Positions 28,615-39,080 of a DNA stretch of 64,000 bases are shown here, piece after piece; the stretch's first letter is position 1; each line of letters opens with the position of its first letter. The DNA is from an uncultured Verrucomicrobiae bacterium. GTDB taxonomy: Bacteria > Verrucomicrobiota > Verrucomicrobiia > Chthoniobacterales > JAFAMB01. The position numbers and the translations under genes are program-made. The stretch spans positions 4,608,001 to 4,672,000 of the forward strand of contig CAWIPH010000002.1 in NCBI GenBank assembly GCA_963837955.1, in the 5' to 3' direction. Below the pieces are notes generated by a model. It was given only the letters and a program-made list of their open reading frames with translations, searched no databases and had not been told where the DNA came from.

Positions 28615-31557
28615 TTAGAACTTCTTTTCGACGGACACGTAGTAAAAGCGACCAATTGGATCGGCATTATTAAAGTCGTAGCCGTTTCCGCTATTCTGAT
28701 CAATCGACAGCGGCGGATGGGCGTCGAAGATATTCTTGATACCAAAAGTGACCGTGGTGTTAGCGAGAAACGTACGCCAACCCCAGCGCGAGCCTTCGGG
28801 CTTTGGCGCAATCGCCTTTTCGCCGACCAGTCGTTTCCCCTCTTTATCGTACCCTGGTTTCGGTGTTTCCGGTGTAACCAACGTAGGGACACCAAAAATG
28901 TAGGCGATTTGCCAGTCGACAGTGGTGTAGCTGCCGATCAGGTGGACGTACCCAGGAGAATCCAGGCCGTTATTCAGGTTTGGCGCCGACCCTTTGCGAT
29001 TGTTGAATACATCGGCCTCGGAATCGGTGAAATTGAGCGTAAATCCGGTTCGGAACGTGTCAATGCTGCAGATGGTCTTGTCGTAGAAAATACTAGCAAC
29101 CAACTTGAAATCGGGACCCGAGCCGTTGACGTTTGCGCCCGTACGATATTGGTCGTCGGCGGTATAGACCTGAAAGCGTGGTTGACCTGCCTTTGGGCTA
29201 CCAGGAGGGAAGGTGCCGACGAGAGTCTTCACAGCATAATTGTAGACGTACGTCGCATTGGCTTCCATATCCAGCTTACCCCAAGGGTACTCCTTGGTGA
29301 CATAGGTCGCTCCAAAATCGATATAATCGGCCAAAAGGGTTCCGACGTTGACGAACGGATTAATCACCTCGCGGATTGAACCATTGGGATTAAACAAGAC
29401 TGCGGTACCAGGAAACGCGCTGGGATTGTTCACGACGGTCTGAGTCGGAACCGTTCCGATGATTTGGCGAAGCTCAACCTGGAACCAGTCGACATAGGCA
29501 GTGAAACCGTTCAGCCAACCCCACCAGCTATGCTCGGGATCCTTGGCGCCCGGAGTCCAAAGCACTTCCGCATAGTATTCGTAGGCGTTTTCGGACTTCA
29601 ACTTTGAGTTCCCGCCATTTGCCAGAAGAATGGTTTCCCGATTGCCAGTTCTTGGATTAGTTACGAGTGCCTGGAACTCAAGTGGCGTGGTAAACAGCTG
29701 AGACAAGGAGGGCGCAACGAAAGCTTCCGAATAGGTGCCCCGGAAGGTCAGATCGTCGAATGGCTTATACATGATGGCGATCTGCGGTTTGGCGGCACTA
29801 TTGAAGAGGGTATAATCGTCGTAACGTTCAGATACCACGACTTGTAGTGACCGCATACCGGGCCAAGACCATTTTTCTCCGAAAATCGGAATCGAAGCTT
29901 GGACGTAGCCGCTTTTCACGTAGCGGCGCGCATTGGTGCCTTCTCCGAGAAAATTCCCCGCGACGATGTTCCGGTTCACACTGTTCGGATCATTCGAAAT
30001 GATCAATTCCTGGCTACGGTACTCCAGACCGCCAGCCACCGTGAGCGGACCGCTGCATAAATCGATAAGGGTGCCGCCGGCGTGGATGTTCCAGGTAAGG
30101 ATGTTAGTTCGAGCATCTTGGCGCTGTTCCGCGCGGATTGCGTCCACTAATGAGCCGTTGATCTTGCCCGAGACCGACTGATCAGTGAAGGGGTCATAAA
30201 ACTGGCCGATGTGGCCGGGGAGCAGGCCCTCGAGCGCCAATTGAAGCCTGTCGTTTGCGGCTCCGTTGGTGAAGGTCTGAGTCGAGTCACTTTCGCCATA
30301 GGCGAAGCTGGCATCGATAAACCAGCTGTGCGGTAACTGGATCGTAGCACCAACCACATTAAAGATTGTTCGAGTGATTGTGTGCTCTTTCCATGGCCCA
30401 AATTCATTAAACGCCTGCCCGTTCGGCAGAAGGGCTTCGCCGGTCGTATTGAATGGGTTGTTAGCAGGAATGAAGATGGTCGTACCGGCGACCGCATCAC
30501 CAGTGCTCATTCCCTGATTCTGAGTGACACCGCTTTCCTCGCTTCGCTGAACGAGAAGGAAATCGTAAAAATTAAGCCACTGGGTCGGACTGAAATTTAT
30601 TTTGACCAGGCCGCCATAGCGTTCTTCGCGAGCCGCCAGCTCGGTATTGAAAGGAATAAAGGCATCGGCCGGAGCGTTGCCAACTGCTAGTGTCGGGGTT
30701 CTCGAACCAGGCGGTGTGAAGAAGGTAGTCCCGCTCGTAACTCCACTGAAAGAACCAAAAGGTGAAAAGAAACCTGTGGATGTATCCGGGTATTTGGGCG
30801 AGAGCTTGCTCTTGTCGCCGTAGGCGTACCAGCGATCGAGCGCGTCGATCGGGCTTTGGGAGTAGTAGTCAAAAGCTGCTACGATGCTTAACTTGGAGTC
30901 ATCAGACCACAATTTTTGCGAAACACCGGCGGTCAATGAGCTGTGAAACGTCTCGTAGTCGCCCCGCGAACTGATGCCATAGTAGTTGTAGATGTCGGCG
31001 CCATTGTAGTCGTTTTTCAGGATAATGTTGACCACTCCGGCGACGGCATCGTCGCCGTAGATGGCGCTAGCACCGTCTTTAAGAATTTCGATACGATCGA
31101 TGGCAGCGAGCGGAATCGAGTTGAGGTCAACGAAAGAGAATGCTGAACCGAGTGGGATCGGAAAATCCGGGAAGCGATGACCATCGACCAAAGTCAGGGT
31201 ACGATTAACCCCTAACCCTCTCAGGTTAACGGCGGCGGAGGCGGGCGAAGAGTTGATACCCGCGTTTGTGTAGGTACTCAAAGAAGAGTTGTTATAAGGT
31301 ATTCCCCGCAGCACATCGGTTACGGTCTGATAAGCTTGCTTTTGAACATAATCCTGATCGTAGGTCACAACCGGCTGAGGACCTTCCCCGACCCGAGGAA
31401 TAATGTACCCGGTTACCGTGATTTGTTGTAATTGCCCTCCCTGCCCTGGTGCGCCGGGGCTTGGCGCGGGTTCCTGCGCGGACGCGGTCACCCCGAGCGT
31501 CATGGCAAGCGCCAGTTCAGCCACAAGGGCCAAACCAAAGTGTTTTAATTTAATCAT
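28615..31557 (-). CDS. TonB-dependent receptor 5
   Basis: QLQQITVTG, VNLRGLGVNRTLTLVDGHR, IDRIEILKDGASAIYGDDAVAGVVNIILK, SVEKKF. Start ATG 31557 follows SD aggag. Confidence 0.93.
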   Translation of the reverse strand: MIKLKHFGLALVAELALAMTLGVTASAQEPAPSPGAPGQGGQLQQITVTGYIIPRVGEGPQPVVTYDQDYVQKQAYQTVTDVLRGIPYNNSSLSTYTNAGINSSPASAAVNLRGLGVNRTLTLVDGHRFPDFPIPLGSAFSFVDLNSIPLAAIDRIEILKDGASAIYGDDAVAGVVNIILKNDYNGADIYNYYGISSRGDYETFHSSLTAGVSQKLWSDDSKLSIVAAFDYYSQSPIDALDRWYAYGDKSKLSPKYPDTSTGFFSPFGSFSGVTSGTTFFTPPGSRTPTLAVGNAPADAFIPFNTELAAREERYGGLVKINFSPTQWLNFYDFLLVQRSEESGVTQNQGMSTGDAVAGTTIFIPANNPFNTTGEALLPNGQAFNEFGPWKEHTITRTIFNVVGATIQLPHSWFIDASFAYGESDSTQTFTNGAANDRLQLALEGLLPGHIGQFYDPFTDQSVSGKINGSLVDAIRAEQRQDARTNILTWNIHAGGTLIDLCSGPLTVAGGLEYRSQELIISNDPNSVNRNIVAGNFLGEGTNARRYVKSGYVQASIPIFGEKWSWPGMRSLQVVVSERYDDYTLFNSAAKPQIAIMYKPFDDLTFRGTYSEAFVAPSLSQLFTTPLEFQALVTNPRTGNRETILLANGGNSKLKSENAYEYYAEVLWTPGAKDPEHSWWGWLNGFTAYVDWFQVELRQIIGTVPTQTVVNNPSAFPGTAVLFNPNGSIREVINPFVNVGTLLADYIDFGATYVTKEYPWGKLDMEANATYVYNYAVKTLVGTFPPGSPKAGQPRFQVYTADDQYRTGANVNGSGPDFKLVASIFYDKTICSIDTFRTGFTLNFTDSEADVFNNRKGSAPNLNNGLDSPGYVHLIGSYTTVDWQIAYIFGVPTLVTPETPKPGYDKEGKRLVGEKAIAPKPEGSRWGWRTFLANTTVTFGIKNIFDAHPPLSIDQNSGNGYDFNNADPIGRFYYVSVEKKF

Positions 31558-31801
31558 TTCTCCTTGGGTTTCTATATTCGGTGACCGGATTTCTCTTCTC
31601 CGAGCCACCTGGGTATTAAATGAATGCCACAGCGTTGGTTAAGGTGCCGGAAAACAGCCGGACGCAGGTGGATACCAGGAATTATTTCCCGGAATCGTCC
31701 TAGCCAAACGCCTTCAAGCTGATGCCGTTTTGTAAGAAAAACGGCACACGGTCAAGAAAAGTTGAGAAATTTTTTGAACATCTCCGATGCTTGGGTGTCA
31801 A
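31558..31801 (-). promoter_or_regulatory. Conserved upstream block (copy before TBDR5)
   Basis: ggttaaggtgccggaaaac, aacgccttcaagct, aaaaacggcacacggtcaagaaaa, tttttgaac, tgtcaa. Confidence 0.6.
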
Positions 31802-32202
31802 CGTGGCGATAACTCACTAACTCGATGGGAATTTAGGAGATTTTCGCGCGGAAACGGGACAGCGAACTACGGTTACTTTGCTGGAGCCCTTTGAGCTTAG
31901 ACTGCGAGCTTCGATGGATGGTTATATAACACCACGCAAAGATGTTCGGTTAAGCGATTAACCGCGAAGGACACTATGTAGGAAGCGAACCGGAAGCCGT
32001 TCGCTCGCTTGCTGGTGTCCACGGTTAGTTTTTCCCGGCCGGGGCGGATAGTTGGCGACTGCGTTTTTGGATGGCCTTACGCAAGCAGCTCCGCGGGTCT
32101 CCTCCAGTTATACACAATCGGGATCGTAAGCGGGACAGTCGCCGCTACCGCTAGGGCTCGCGCCGTTGTCGGACGGTCGCCAAAACTTACGTGGCCTCCG
32201 AC

Positions 32203-32240
32203 AAAGAAAAAAGCCGGCGTGGTTCCCCACGCCGGCTTTT
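32203..32240 (-). terminator. Rho-independent terminator of exbB-exbD-tonB
   Basis: aaaagccggcgtgg/ccacgccggctttt stem with flanking A/T runs. Confidence 0.85.
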
Positions 32241-32262
32241 GTTAAATTAACTTTTCGGAACG

Positions 32263-32946
32263 TCAATGGCCCACTAAGACGAAGCTGATGGGTAGGGTGA
32301 AAGTCCCGTTCGTTGTTGGAGAGGGCTGCCAATTTCCTCGGACCCAACGTTCCGCGGCGGAAGCCAAAAGACTTGGCCCGTTGGCGGTGACACCGGTGAT
32401 ATGACCGTTTGAAACCGTGATGGTTGCAGTCACGCTCCCGCTGATATGCAATTGCATAGCTTGCGGGGGATACGGCGGCTTCGGGCTGCGAATCCACAAA
32501 CCAGATCGAGGTCCACCGTTACCGGTTCCACCGACAACACCGTTCGCGACACCTTTTTGTTGACCAGGGGTAGCAGCGGCGTTCGGGTTCGGGCTGGCCT
32601 TAGGCTTTTCGGTCTTCGGCTTAGGCGTAGGCGCCGGCGGCGCTGGTGTCGGCGTCGTATCCGGCAATTCAAACTCCGGCGGCTTATCCAGTGGTGGCGG
32701 CGTCGGTTCCGGATCTGGCGGCGGAGTCGGCTGAGGATCGGGTGGTTGCTCTTCCGGTGCGTCCGGACTCCCCAGCGGAGGCGCGTCGTTCATATCGGCC
32801 TCCGTCAGCATCATCGGCGTATTATTAACAGGCAGATGAATCCAAAAGCCCGCGACCGCTGCAGCTACGTTCAGGAAGAACGAGAAAAGCAGAAACCAGA
32901 TAATCGGCGCGCCATCACGGCGATTTCGTCTGATGCTAGTAGGCAT
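32263..32946 (-). CDS. tonB: TonB family energy transducer
   Basis: N-terminal TM helix, Pro-rich spacer, C-terminal PKPPYPPQA...SGSV...LPISF domain; follows exbD. Confidence 0.82.
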   Translation of the reverse strand: MPTSIRRNRRDGAPIIWFLLFSFFLNVAAAVAGFWIHLPVNNTPMMLTEADMNDAPPLGSPDAPEEQPPDPQPTPPPDPEPTPPPLDKPPEFELPDTTPTPAPPAPTPKPKTEKPKASPNPNAAATPGQQKGVANGVVGGTGNGGPRSGLWIRSPKPPYPPQAMQLHISGSVTATITVSNGHITGVTANGPSLLASAAERWVRGNWQPSPTTNGTFTLPISFVLVGH

Positions 32947-32973
32947 ACAACACCTCCCGGGTGAAAGGATTGA

Positions 32974-33471
32974 CTATGGGCCAGGGGGTTTGCTCGGTGG
33001 CGGTGGTGGGCCCCCGCCGGTAGTTGGAGCGCCGCCTCCGGGCTGAATTCCAGCGTTCGGCTTAACTTCAAGCCCCACCTTCTGGATACCGGCCGTACGA
33101 AGCGAGTCCAGCACGAACATCACCGTGTTGTAATTTGCGTCTTTATCGGCGCGAAGATAAATCCGGACGTCGTGATTTTTACTATAGAGGTCCTGGAACT
33201 TCGCTAAGACATCATCGTGCGCGACCTTTTCCTTTTCGAAATAGATATCCATCAGAGCGTCGATACTGATGATGATGAAATCCGGTTTCGTATTCGGCTG
33301 CGCACTGGTCGCAGTTGGCAACGCCACGTCGATCGCCTTCATGTTGATCATCGTCAAGCTCACCAACATAAACGAGGCGAGCAAGAAGAACATGATGTCG
33401 ATCAACGGAATGATCTCGATCCGAGCCTTCTTAATTGGAACTGGCGTACTGCTGTGACTGCTCCCGTGCAT
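32974..33471 (-). CDS. exbD: Biopolymer transport protein ExbD/TolR
   Basis: IEIIPLIDIMFFLLASFM, IYLRADKD...VMFVLDSLRTAGIQKVGL. Confidence 0.92.
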   Translation of the reverse strand: MHGSSHSSTPVPIKKARIEIIPLIDIMFFLLASFMLVSLTMINMKAIDVALPTATSAQPNTKPDFIIISIDALMDIYFEKEKVAHDDVLAKFQDLYSKNHDVRIYLRADKDANYNTVMFVLDSLRTAGIQKVGLEVKPNAGIQPGGGAPTTGGGPPPPPSKPPGP

Positions 33472-34198
33472 CTGGAATTACGTCGAGGTTGGAATTTTTG
33501 AGCCGTAGTGAGTTGATCATGATGATGACGTTGTGGCACGTCGACTCGAGCTCGAACTGCAGCTTGACCAGTTTCGAGTTGAAGAAGTTGAAGAAGATCA
33601 ACGCAAAGATAGCGATGCCGAGACCGCACGCCGTGGCGATGAGGGCCTCACCGATTCCGCCGGAGACCGCAGCCGGACTCAAGCCGCCTTCGTTCACCGC
33701 ATTAAACGCGGACATAATACCGGTGACGGTTCCGAGCAGACCGAGCAGAGGAGCCAACGTGATCGTTGTATCCATTACCGACATAAAACGGCCGGCCCGC
33801 TGAATTTCCGCTCCTCGGGCCACCTCTAGGGCGCCTTCGATCGAGGTGTGAACATGATTCAGACCGTTCCAGGCTGTTCGCACGAGCGGATCTTTGGAGG
33901 TTCGACCGAGGTTGGCTGCCGCCGTGATGTTTCCTTGCTCGAGTGCGGCATACATCTGGTCGAGCCTATTAGGATCGCGTCGAGCACCTTCGACGACCCA
34001 AAAAATGATGCGTTCCAAGATTACCGCGATCGCAACGGTGAGAACCGCAACAATCGGGTACATGACGATGCCGCCCTTGAAGAACCATTCCAGAAGGAAA
34101 TTGCCTTTAGCCCACCCTGGAACGAAGCGTCCCACGACGGTCTGGGTGTCGCTGGCGGCAGCCACAAAGGGAGCGAGTTTGACTAAGAAACTGACCAT
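33431..34198 (-). CDS. exbB: MotA/TolQ/ExbB proton channel protein
   Basis: TLAPLLGLLGTVTGIM, GIGEALIATACGL. Confidence 0.92.
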   Translation of the reverse strand: MVSFLVKLAPFVAAASDTQTVVGRFVPGWAKGNFLLEWFFKGGIVMYPIVAVLTVAIAVILERIIFWVVEGARRDPNRLDQMYAALEQGNITAAANLGRTSKDPLVRTAWNGLNHVHTSIEGALEVARGAEIQRAGRFMSVMDTTITLAPLLGLLGTVTGIMSAFNAVNEGGLSPAAVSGGIGEALIATACGLGIAIFALIFFNFFNSKLVKLQFELESTCHNVIIMINSLRLKNSNLDVIPDAREQSQQYASSN

Positions 34199-34284
34199 AG
34201 TTTTATAGGATTGAAGTAGACTTGAGTTACCCTGCGCGTCGAATACAGCTATTCGCTTTGTCTCTTTGGCAGAAGACGGTTACG

Positions 34285-34343
34285 AGCAGGATGCTTGCCA
34301 ACCTTACTCGACTGTTCTTCATTTGATCCAAGTGACGTGCCAC
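34285..34343 (-). promoter_or_regulatory. Putative sigma54 promoter(s) upstream of exbB
   Basis: Minus strand TTGGCAAGCATCCTGCT (34285-34301, GG-N10-GC) and a second near-consensus TGGCACGTCACTTGGA (34327-34342). Confidence 0.5.
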
Positions 34344-34638
34344 AGGGGAGTATCCGCATTTACAGGCCTTTGGGGTCCGGACGTAACCGTACGATATCCT
34401 GAAAATGTAGGCCGTCAAAGTGACTCTTTTCGACCAGACTGCAACTTTTTTTTTGCTCCAAAAACCGAATCACTACAAAAAGCATTCTCGGCGAGTTAAG
34501 TTTGAAACAATAAGTACAGCGGCAGCAAAACTTTGTGATTTTTAGTTTTTGGGGTCCGCAGCGTTGAAAATCTTCACAAGCGCCAAAACCGGTGCTTGTG
34601 GCTCAACCCCGAGGTTTTTCGGAAGTTGATCCAAGCCG

Positions 34639-35952
34639 CTAAGCCGGCACGTTTCGCAGCGCGCCGAGATGACTAGCGATCAGTTTGTGCAAATGGTCCG
34701 TTACCGTCGCGTCTTCCAGACGATCGACCACTTCGTTGAGAAATCCTTTCACGATCAATCCCTTGGCAATCCGGTCGGGAATACCGCGGCTAAGCAAATA
34801 GAAAAGCTCCTCAGCCTCAATCTGACCAGAGGTGGCGCCATGCGTGCAGCGCACGTCATCCGCCAGAATCTCCAGGCCGGGCATGGAGTTGGCCTCGGCT
34901 TCATCGCTTAGCAAAAGATTTCGCACTTTTTGGTAGGCATCCGTCCGATGGGCGCCCGGTTCGACCTTAATCAATCCGGAAAAGATGGTCCGCGCGCGAT
35001 CATACAAGGCGTTCTTGTAAAGTAGATCGCTCGTGGTGTTGGGTTGGAGATGGTCTTGCAGCGTGCGTTGATCGAACTCTTGATCGCCGCTCGCCACGGA
35101 AATCGACAGCATGTCGCTCCGAGCCCCGCTACCGATCATTCGGCTAACACTTTCCAGGCGCGAATATTTTCCGCCAAAATTGAGCGCGAGATTGAGCACG
35201 GATGCGTCGCGATCAGCGACCGTTGAATTGATTTGGGTGGAGACGAAATCGCGGCTCCAATCCTGCGTACTAATGTAAGTAAGCCGGGAACCCGGACGAG
35301 CGACCAGATCATTGACGCCGCAGGCAAAGCCATACCGGCTCTCGTCGATGGAAACAAAATTCTCCAGCAAGGTCACTTTGCTCCCTTCCTCAGTGATAAC
35401 GAGAGTATGAGGAAAAACCGCGACGCGATCGCTGCCCACAAAATGGACGACCTCGAATGGCTGCGCGACCTCCACAAATCGCGGAATGAAAATTACCGAC
35501 CCGGACCGCACAGAAGCTTTGTGCAAAGCAGCAAATTTGCGGGAACCGAGGCGGACGGGCTGAGCCATGAAATGCTCCCGCAGAAGATCGGGATGGTCTT
35601 CCAACGCTTTTTCTAAGGGGAGAAATAGGACGCCGCGATCGAGGAGTTGGCGATCGAAGATTTCGCAGGAAACCAACCGCTCATTGACAAAAACCAGGCG
35701 GCCGGCCGGATGCCCAAAACTTCGTCCACTCAGGAATTGCGGATCCCACTCATTCCATTCTAAAGCAGGTTGGTACGAATCGAGCGCCAGACTCTTGATG
35801 GAAGAGAATCTCCAGAGTTCGTCGGTACGCGCCGGCCAGGGTTCAGACTCGAACTCCTTCCAAGCGTCGGCTTGCAGTTTGGCAAACCACTCGGGCGCCA
35901 CGGCCCAATCCCGCGGTGAAGATACAATCGTAGAAACGTCAGCACCAAGCAT
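34639..35952 (-). CDS. sufD: Fe-S cluster assembly protein SufD
   Basis: ELWRFS, TTSDLLYKNAL, LEILADDVRCTHGAT, LFYLLSRGI. Confidence 0.92.
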   Translation of the reverse strand: MLGADVSTIVSSPRDWAVAPEWFAKLQADAWKEFESEPWPARTDELWRFSSIKSLALDSYQPALEWNEWDPQFLSGRSFGHPAGRLVFVNERLVSCEIFDRQLLDRGVLFLPLEKALEDHPDLLREHFMAQPVRLGSRKFAALHKASVRSGSVIFIPRFVEVAQPFEVVHFVGSDRVAVFPHTLVITEEGSKVTLLENFVSIDESRYGFACGVNDLVARPGSRLTYISTQDWSRDFVSTQINSTVADRDASVLNLALNFGGKYSRLESVSRMIGSGARSDMLSISVASGDQEFDQRTLQDHLQPNTTSDLLYKNALYDRARTIFSGLIKVEPGAHRTDAYQKVRNLLLSDEAEANSMPGLEILADDVRCTHGATSGQIEAEELFYLLSRGIPDRIAKGLIVKGFLNEVVDRLEDATVTDHLHKLIASHLGALRNVPA

Positions 35953-35980
35953 CCAGATCCCCTTTTAATGCTAAGTGGCT

Positions 35981-37390
35981 TTACCCGACGGAGCCTTCCA
36001 TCTCGAGATCAATCAGGCGCTTCAGTTCCACACTGTATTCCATCGGAAACTGGCGCACGAGATCGTTCACAAATCCGTTCACGGCAAGACTCATGGCCTG
36101 GCCTTTGCTCAAGCCACGTTGCTGCATGTAAAAGATTTGTTCCGCGCCGATCTGGCTGACCGACGCCTCGTGTTGGGTAGAGTTACCGGTACCACGAACA
36201 GTAATGGCTGGGTAGGTATCGGTCCGGCTCCGGTTGTTTATCAAGAGCGCGTCACATTCGGTGTTGTTCTTACACCCTTTCAGGTGTTTCGGTATGTGGA
36301 CCAATCCTCGGTAAGTCGCGCGTCCTTTCCCAACACTGATACTCTTGGAAACGATGTTGCTGGTCGTCTCGTCGGCGGCATGAATCATTTTCGCGCCGGT
36401 GTCCTGATGCTGCCCATCCCCGGCTAACGCGATGCTAATAACCTCACCGCGCGCCTTCCGGCCCTTCAAGACAACGCCGGGATACTTCATGGTCAATCGG
36501 GAACCGATATTGCAATCGATCCACTTGATCTCCGCCTCTTCCATGGCCAAACCGCGTTTGGTCACAAGATTGAAAACGTTGGGCGACCAGTTCTGCACCG
36601 TCACGTACTGGATCTTGGCGCCCTTCAGCGCTACCAATTCGACAACGGCCGAATGGAGCGTTGTGGTAGTAAACTTCGGCGCGGTACAACCCTCCATATA
36701 CATCACTTCCGAGCCCTCATCCGCGATGATTAAGGTACGCTCAAATTGTCCGAAATTTTCCGCATTGATCCGAAAGTAAGCCTGAAGCGGATGTTTCACT
36801 TTCACACCCGGTGGCACATAAATAAAGCTTCCACCGCTGAAGACCGCACTATTGAGCGCACTGAATTTGTTATCGCCAGTCGGAATCACTTTGCCGAACC
36901 ATTTCCGGAAAATTTCCGGGTGGTGCTTTAACCCCTCGGTGCTGCCAACGAAGATGACACCCTGGTCGGAAACAGCTTTCTTGATGTTGGAGTAGACTGC
37001 CTCGCTGTCAAACTGGGCTTCGACGCCCGCGAGAAACTTGCGCTCGCTCTCCGGAATTCCGAGACGTTCGAAGGTGCGTTTAATATCCTCCGGCACATCT
37101 TCCCAGGAACGCTTAGGCGCATCTCCTGAGGCCAGGTAATAGCGGATGACGTCAAAGTCGATTTCGGCGAGTTCGTTGCCAGCCCAGTGGGTAGGGAGTG
37201 GCTTACTCTTAAACGCGTGATAGGCATTCTTCCGAAAATCGCGAATCCAATCCGGTTCTTCTTTCGCGTTGACGATGTAATCGATAGTCTCTTCGGTGAG
37301 ACCGGCGCCAGCGTCGCGCTCATGCTTTATCTCATAGGAAAAGTCGCCGATGTCGCGATTGATATCGATCGTATTGCTCGGTGTGCTCAT
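35981..37390 (-). CDS. sufB: Fe-S cluster assembly protein SufB
   Basis: [48 protein letters not shown]. Confidence 0.96.
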   Translation of the reverse strand: MSTPSNTIDINRDIGDFSYEIKHERDAGAGLTEETIDYIVNAKEEPDWIRDFRKNAYHAFKSKPLPTHWAGNELAEIDFDVIRYYLASGDAPKRSWEDVPEDIKRTFERLGIPESERKFLAGVEAQFDSEAVYSNIKKAVSDQGVIFVGSTEGLKHHPEIFRKWFGKVIPTGDNKFSALNSAVFSGGSFIYVPPGVKVKHPLQAYFRINAENFGQFERTLIIADEGSEVMYMEGCTAPKFTTTTLHSAVVELVALKGAKIQYVTVQNWSPNVFNLVTKRGLAMEEAEIKWIDCNIGSRLTMKYPGVVLKGRKARGEVISIALAGDGQHQDTGAKMIHAADETTSNIVSKSISVGKGRATYRGLVHIPKHLKGCKNNTECDALLINNRSRTDTYPAITVRGTGNSTQHEASVSQIGAEQIFYMQQRGLSKGQAMSLAVNGFVNDLVRQFPMEYSVELKRLIDLEMEGSVG

Positions 37391-37423
37391 AGTGCTTGTT
37401 AGTAAGGATAGAAAATTTTCTGA

Positions 37424-38200
37424 TCAGCTGGCCGCCACCGGTTCGGCTGTTTCTGAAGGAAGCCCATCATAGCCCTCATAGCCTTTGGCCTCCAGTTCCA
37501 GCGCTAGTTCTTTACCTCCGGTTCGAACGATGCGGCCTTGCGCCATCACGTGAACAAAATCGGGGATAATGTAGTTCAGTAACCTCTGGTAGTGGGTAAT
37601 CAGCAAAATGCCCAAGTTGGGTCCGCGTAGTTGGTTCACCCCTTTGGCCACAACCTGCAAGGCATCGATATCGAGACCGCTATCGGTTTCATCGAGCACA
37701 GCGAAAGCGGGTTCCAACATCGCCAACTGTAAAATTTCGTTTCGTTTTTTTTCTCCGCCGGAAAAGCCTTCGTTCACGGACCGCGCCGTAAATTCCCGGC
37801 GAATCTCCAAAAGATCCATTTTCTGATAGAGGCGCTGATAAAAATCGGTAGCGTCCAATTCCTCCCCTTCCGGAAGACGCGACTGTAATGCCGCTCGGAG
37901 GAAGTTGGCATTGCTCACACCAGGGACTTCGATCGGGTACTGAAACGCCAGAAACAGACCTTGGCGCGCTCGCTCATCCGGCTCCATCTCCAGAATGCTC
38001 TTCCCGTTAAGAAGGATATCGCCCTCTGTCACCTCGTAATCTGGATGCCCGGCCATGACCTTGGCCAGCGTGCTCTTGCCAGATCCGTTGGGACCCATCA
38101 CAGCATGCACTTCTCCCTGTCGAAACTCGAGATCCAATCCTCGAATAATCTCCTGGCCGTTAACCGAAGCATGCAGATTTTTAATTGCGATCGAACTCAT
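37424..38200 (-). CDS. sufC: Fe-S cluster assembly ATPase SufC
   Basis: [42 protein letters not shown]. Confidence 0.96.
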   Translation of the reverse strand: MSSIAIKNLHASVNGQEIIRGLDLEFRQGEVHAVMGPNGSGKSTLAKVMAGHPDYEVTEGDILLNGKSILEMEPDERARQGLFLAFQYPIEVPGVSNANFLRAALQSRLPEGEELDATDFYQRLYQKMDLLEIRREFTARSVNEGFSGGEKKRNEILQLAMLEPAFAVLDETDSGLDIDALQVVAKGVNQLRGPNLGILLITHYQRLLNYIIPDFVHVMAQGRIVRTGGKELALELEAKGYEGYDGLPSETAEPVAAS

Positions 38201-38204
38201 AAAT

Positions 38205-38618
38205 TCATTCTGAACATTTTGGACAGGTTCCCCGGAGGTTCACGTCTGCGTGCGATACCTTGAAGCCGGGCGGCAAATCCCAAACGTTTTGGGCGGTCGC
38301 GTTCACGTCATGGACCGAGCCGCATCGTTCGCAGAAAAAGTGTGAATGTTCCATTAGGTTTGCGCAATAACGAGTCGGAGCGCGGTCGAGATTGACCTGC
38401 TTAACCAGACCGGTCGCAACCAGAGCTTCCAGACAATTGTAAACGGTACCGAGGGAGATCGACTGAACATGCTTTTTCGTCCGAAAAAAAACCTCCGTAG
38501 CTGTCGGGTGGTCCGGCTTCTGCATCAGCACACCCAACACCTGCTCACGCTGTTTGGTGAGCCGGATACCGCTGGCGGCTAAGCGCTGAGAGATTTCACC
38601 GGGAAGCTTCACTTTCAT
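38205..38618 (-). CDS. Fur-family transcriptional repressor (PerR/Irr-like)
   Basis: [38 protein letters not shown]. Start ATG 38618 preferred. Confidence 0.88.
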   Translation of the reverse strand: MKVKLPGEISQRLAASGIRLTKQREQVLGVLMQKPDHPTATEVFFRTKKHVQSISLGTVYNCLEALVATGLVKQVNLDRAPTRYCANLMEHSHFFCERCGSVHDVNATAQNVWDLPPGFKVSHADVNLRGTCPKCSE

Positions 38619-38631
38619 ACCGTCGGCCGCC

Positions 38632-38660
38632 TTGAGAATGATATCAAGAATTATTCTCAA
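38632..38660. promoter_or_regulatory. Fur/Per-box-like operator
   Basis: TTGAGAATGATATCAAGAATTATTCTCAA: outer 8-bp perfect inverted repeat and two 7-1-7 boxes resembling TGATAATnATTATCA, 13 bp upstream of the Fur-family ATG. Confidence 0.7.
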
Positions 38661-38838
38661 TAAGCCAGTGCTCCCCTCGGGAAATTCGTTTATCTGTCGT
38701 AGGAAAACATATCAAAATTCAAAATGAAATTGCTTAGGTGTCACCGCACAATTCGCCTAAAGATTGCTCGGAAACTGCTAGGGATTTTCTTGAATTGGAG
38801 CAGCGGCCGTGACACGGATGCCCAGCGATTTAACCCCC

Positions 38839-38920
38839 GCGGCTCAAACCCGGCGCCGACAACGCGAATCGGCGCAAGAACCACATCCCGGCGCCGAGTT
38901 TTCGCCCTACCGATCAGGGG
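38839..38920. repeat. GTAG-type REP-like repeat, family B, copy 2
   Basis: gcggctcaaacccggcgc...gttttcgccctaccgatcagggg. Confidence 0.7.
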
Positions 38921-39080
38921 CTGAGCAACCCACGCAGACAGCCAAGCATCCGCGATCTGTGCGGCGGGTCCGCCAGTGGCGGAGAGCCGCTCCTTGTTGC
39001 CCGGCGGGCAAGGACAATTACGGTTACTAAGAAACTGGCCCTTCCGCGTTTGACATTTTATTATTCGAAGTTAGCCACGA

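Noticed and set aside
31960..32200. Small gene or structured RNA between tonB and TBDR5
   Set aside because: Only one modest hairpin (~31982-32008) and unconvincing ORFs; insufficient support.
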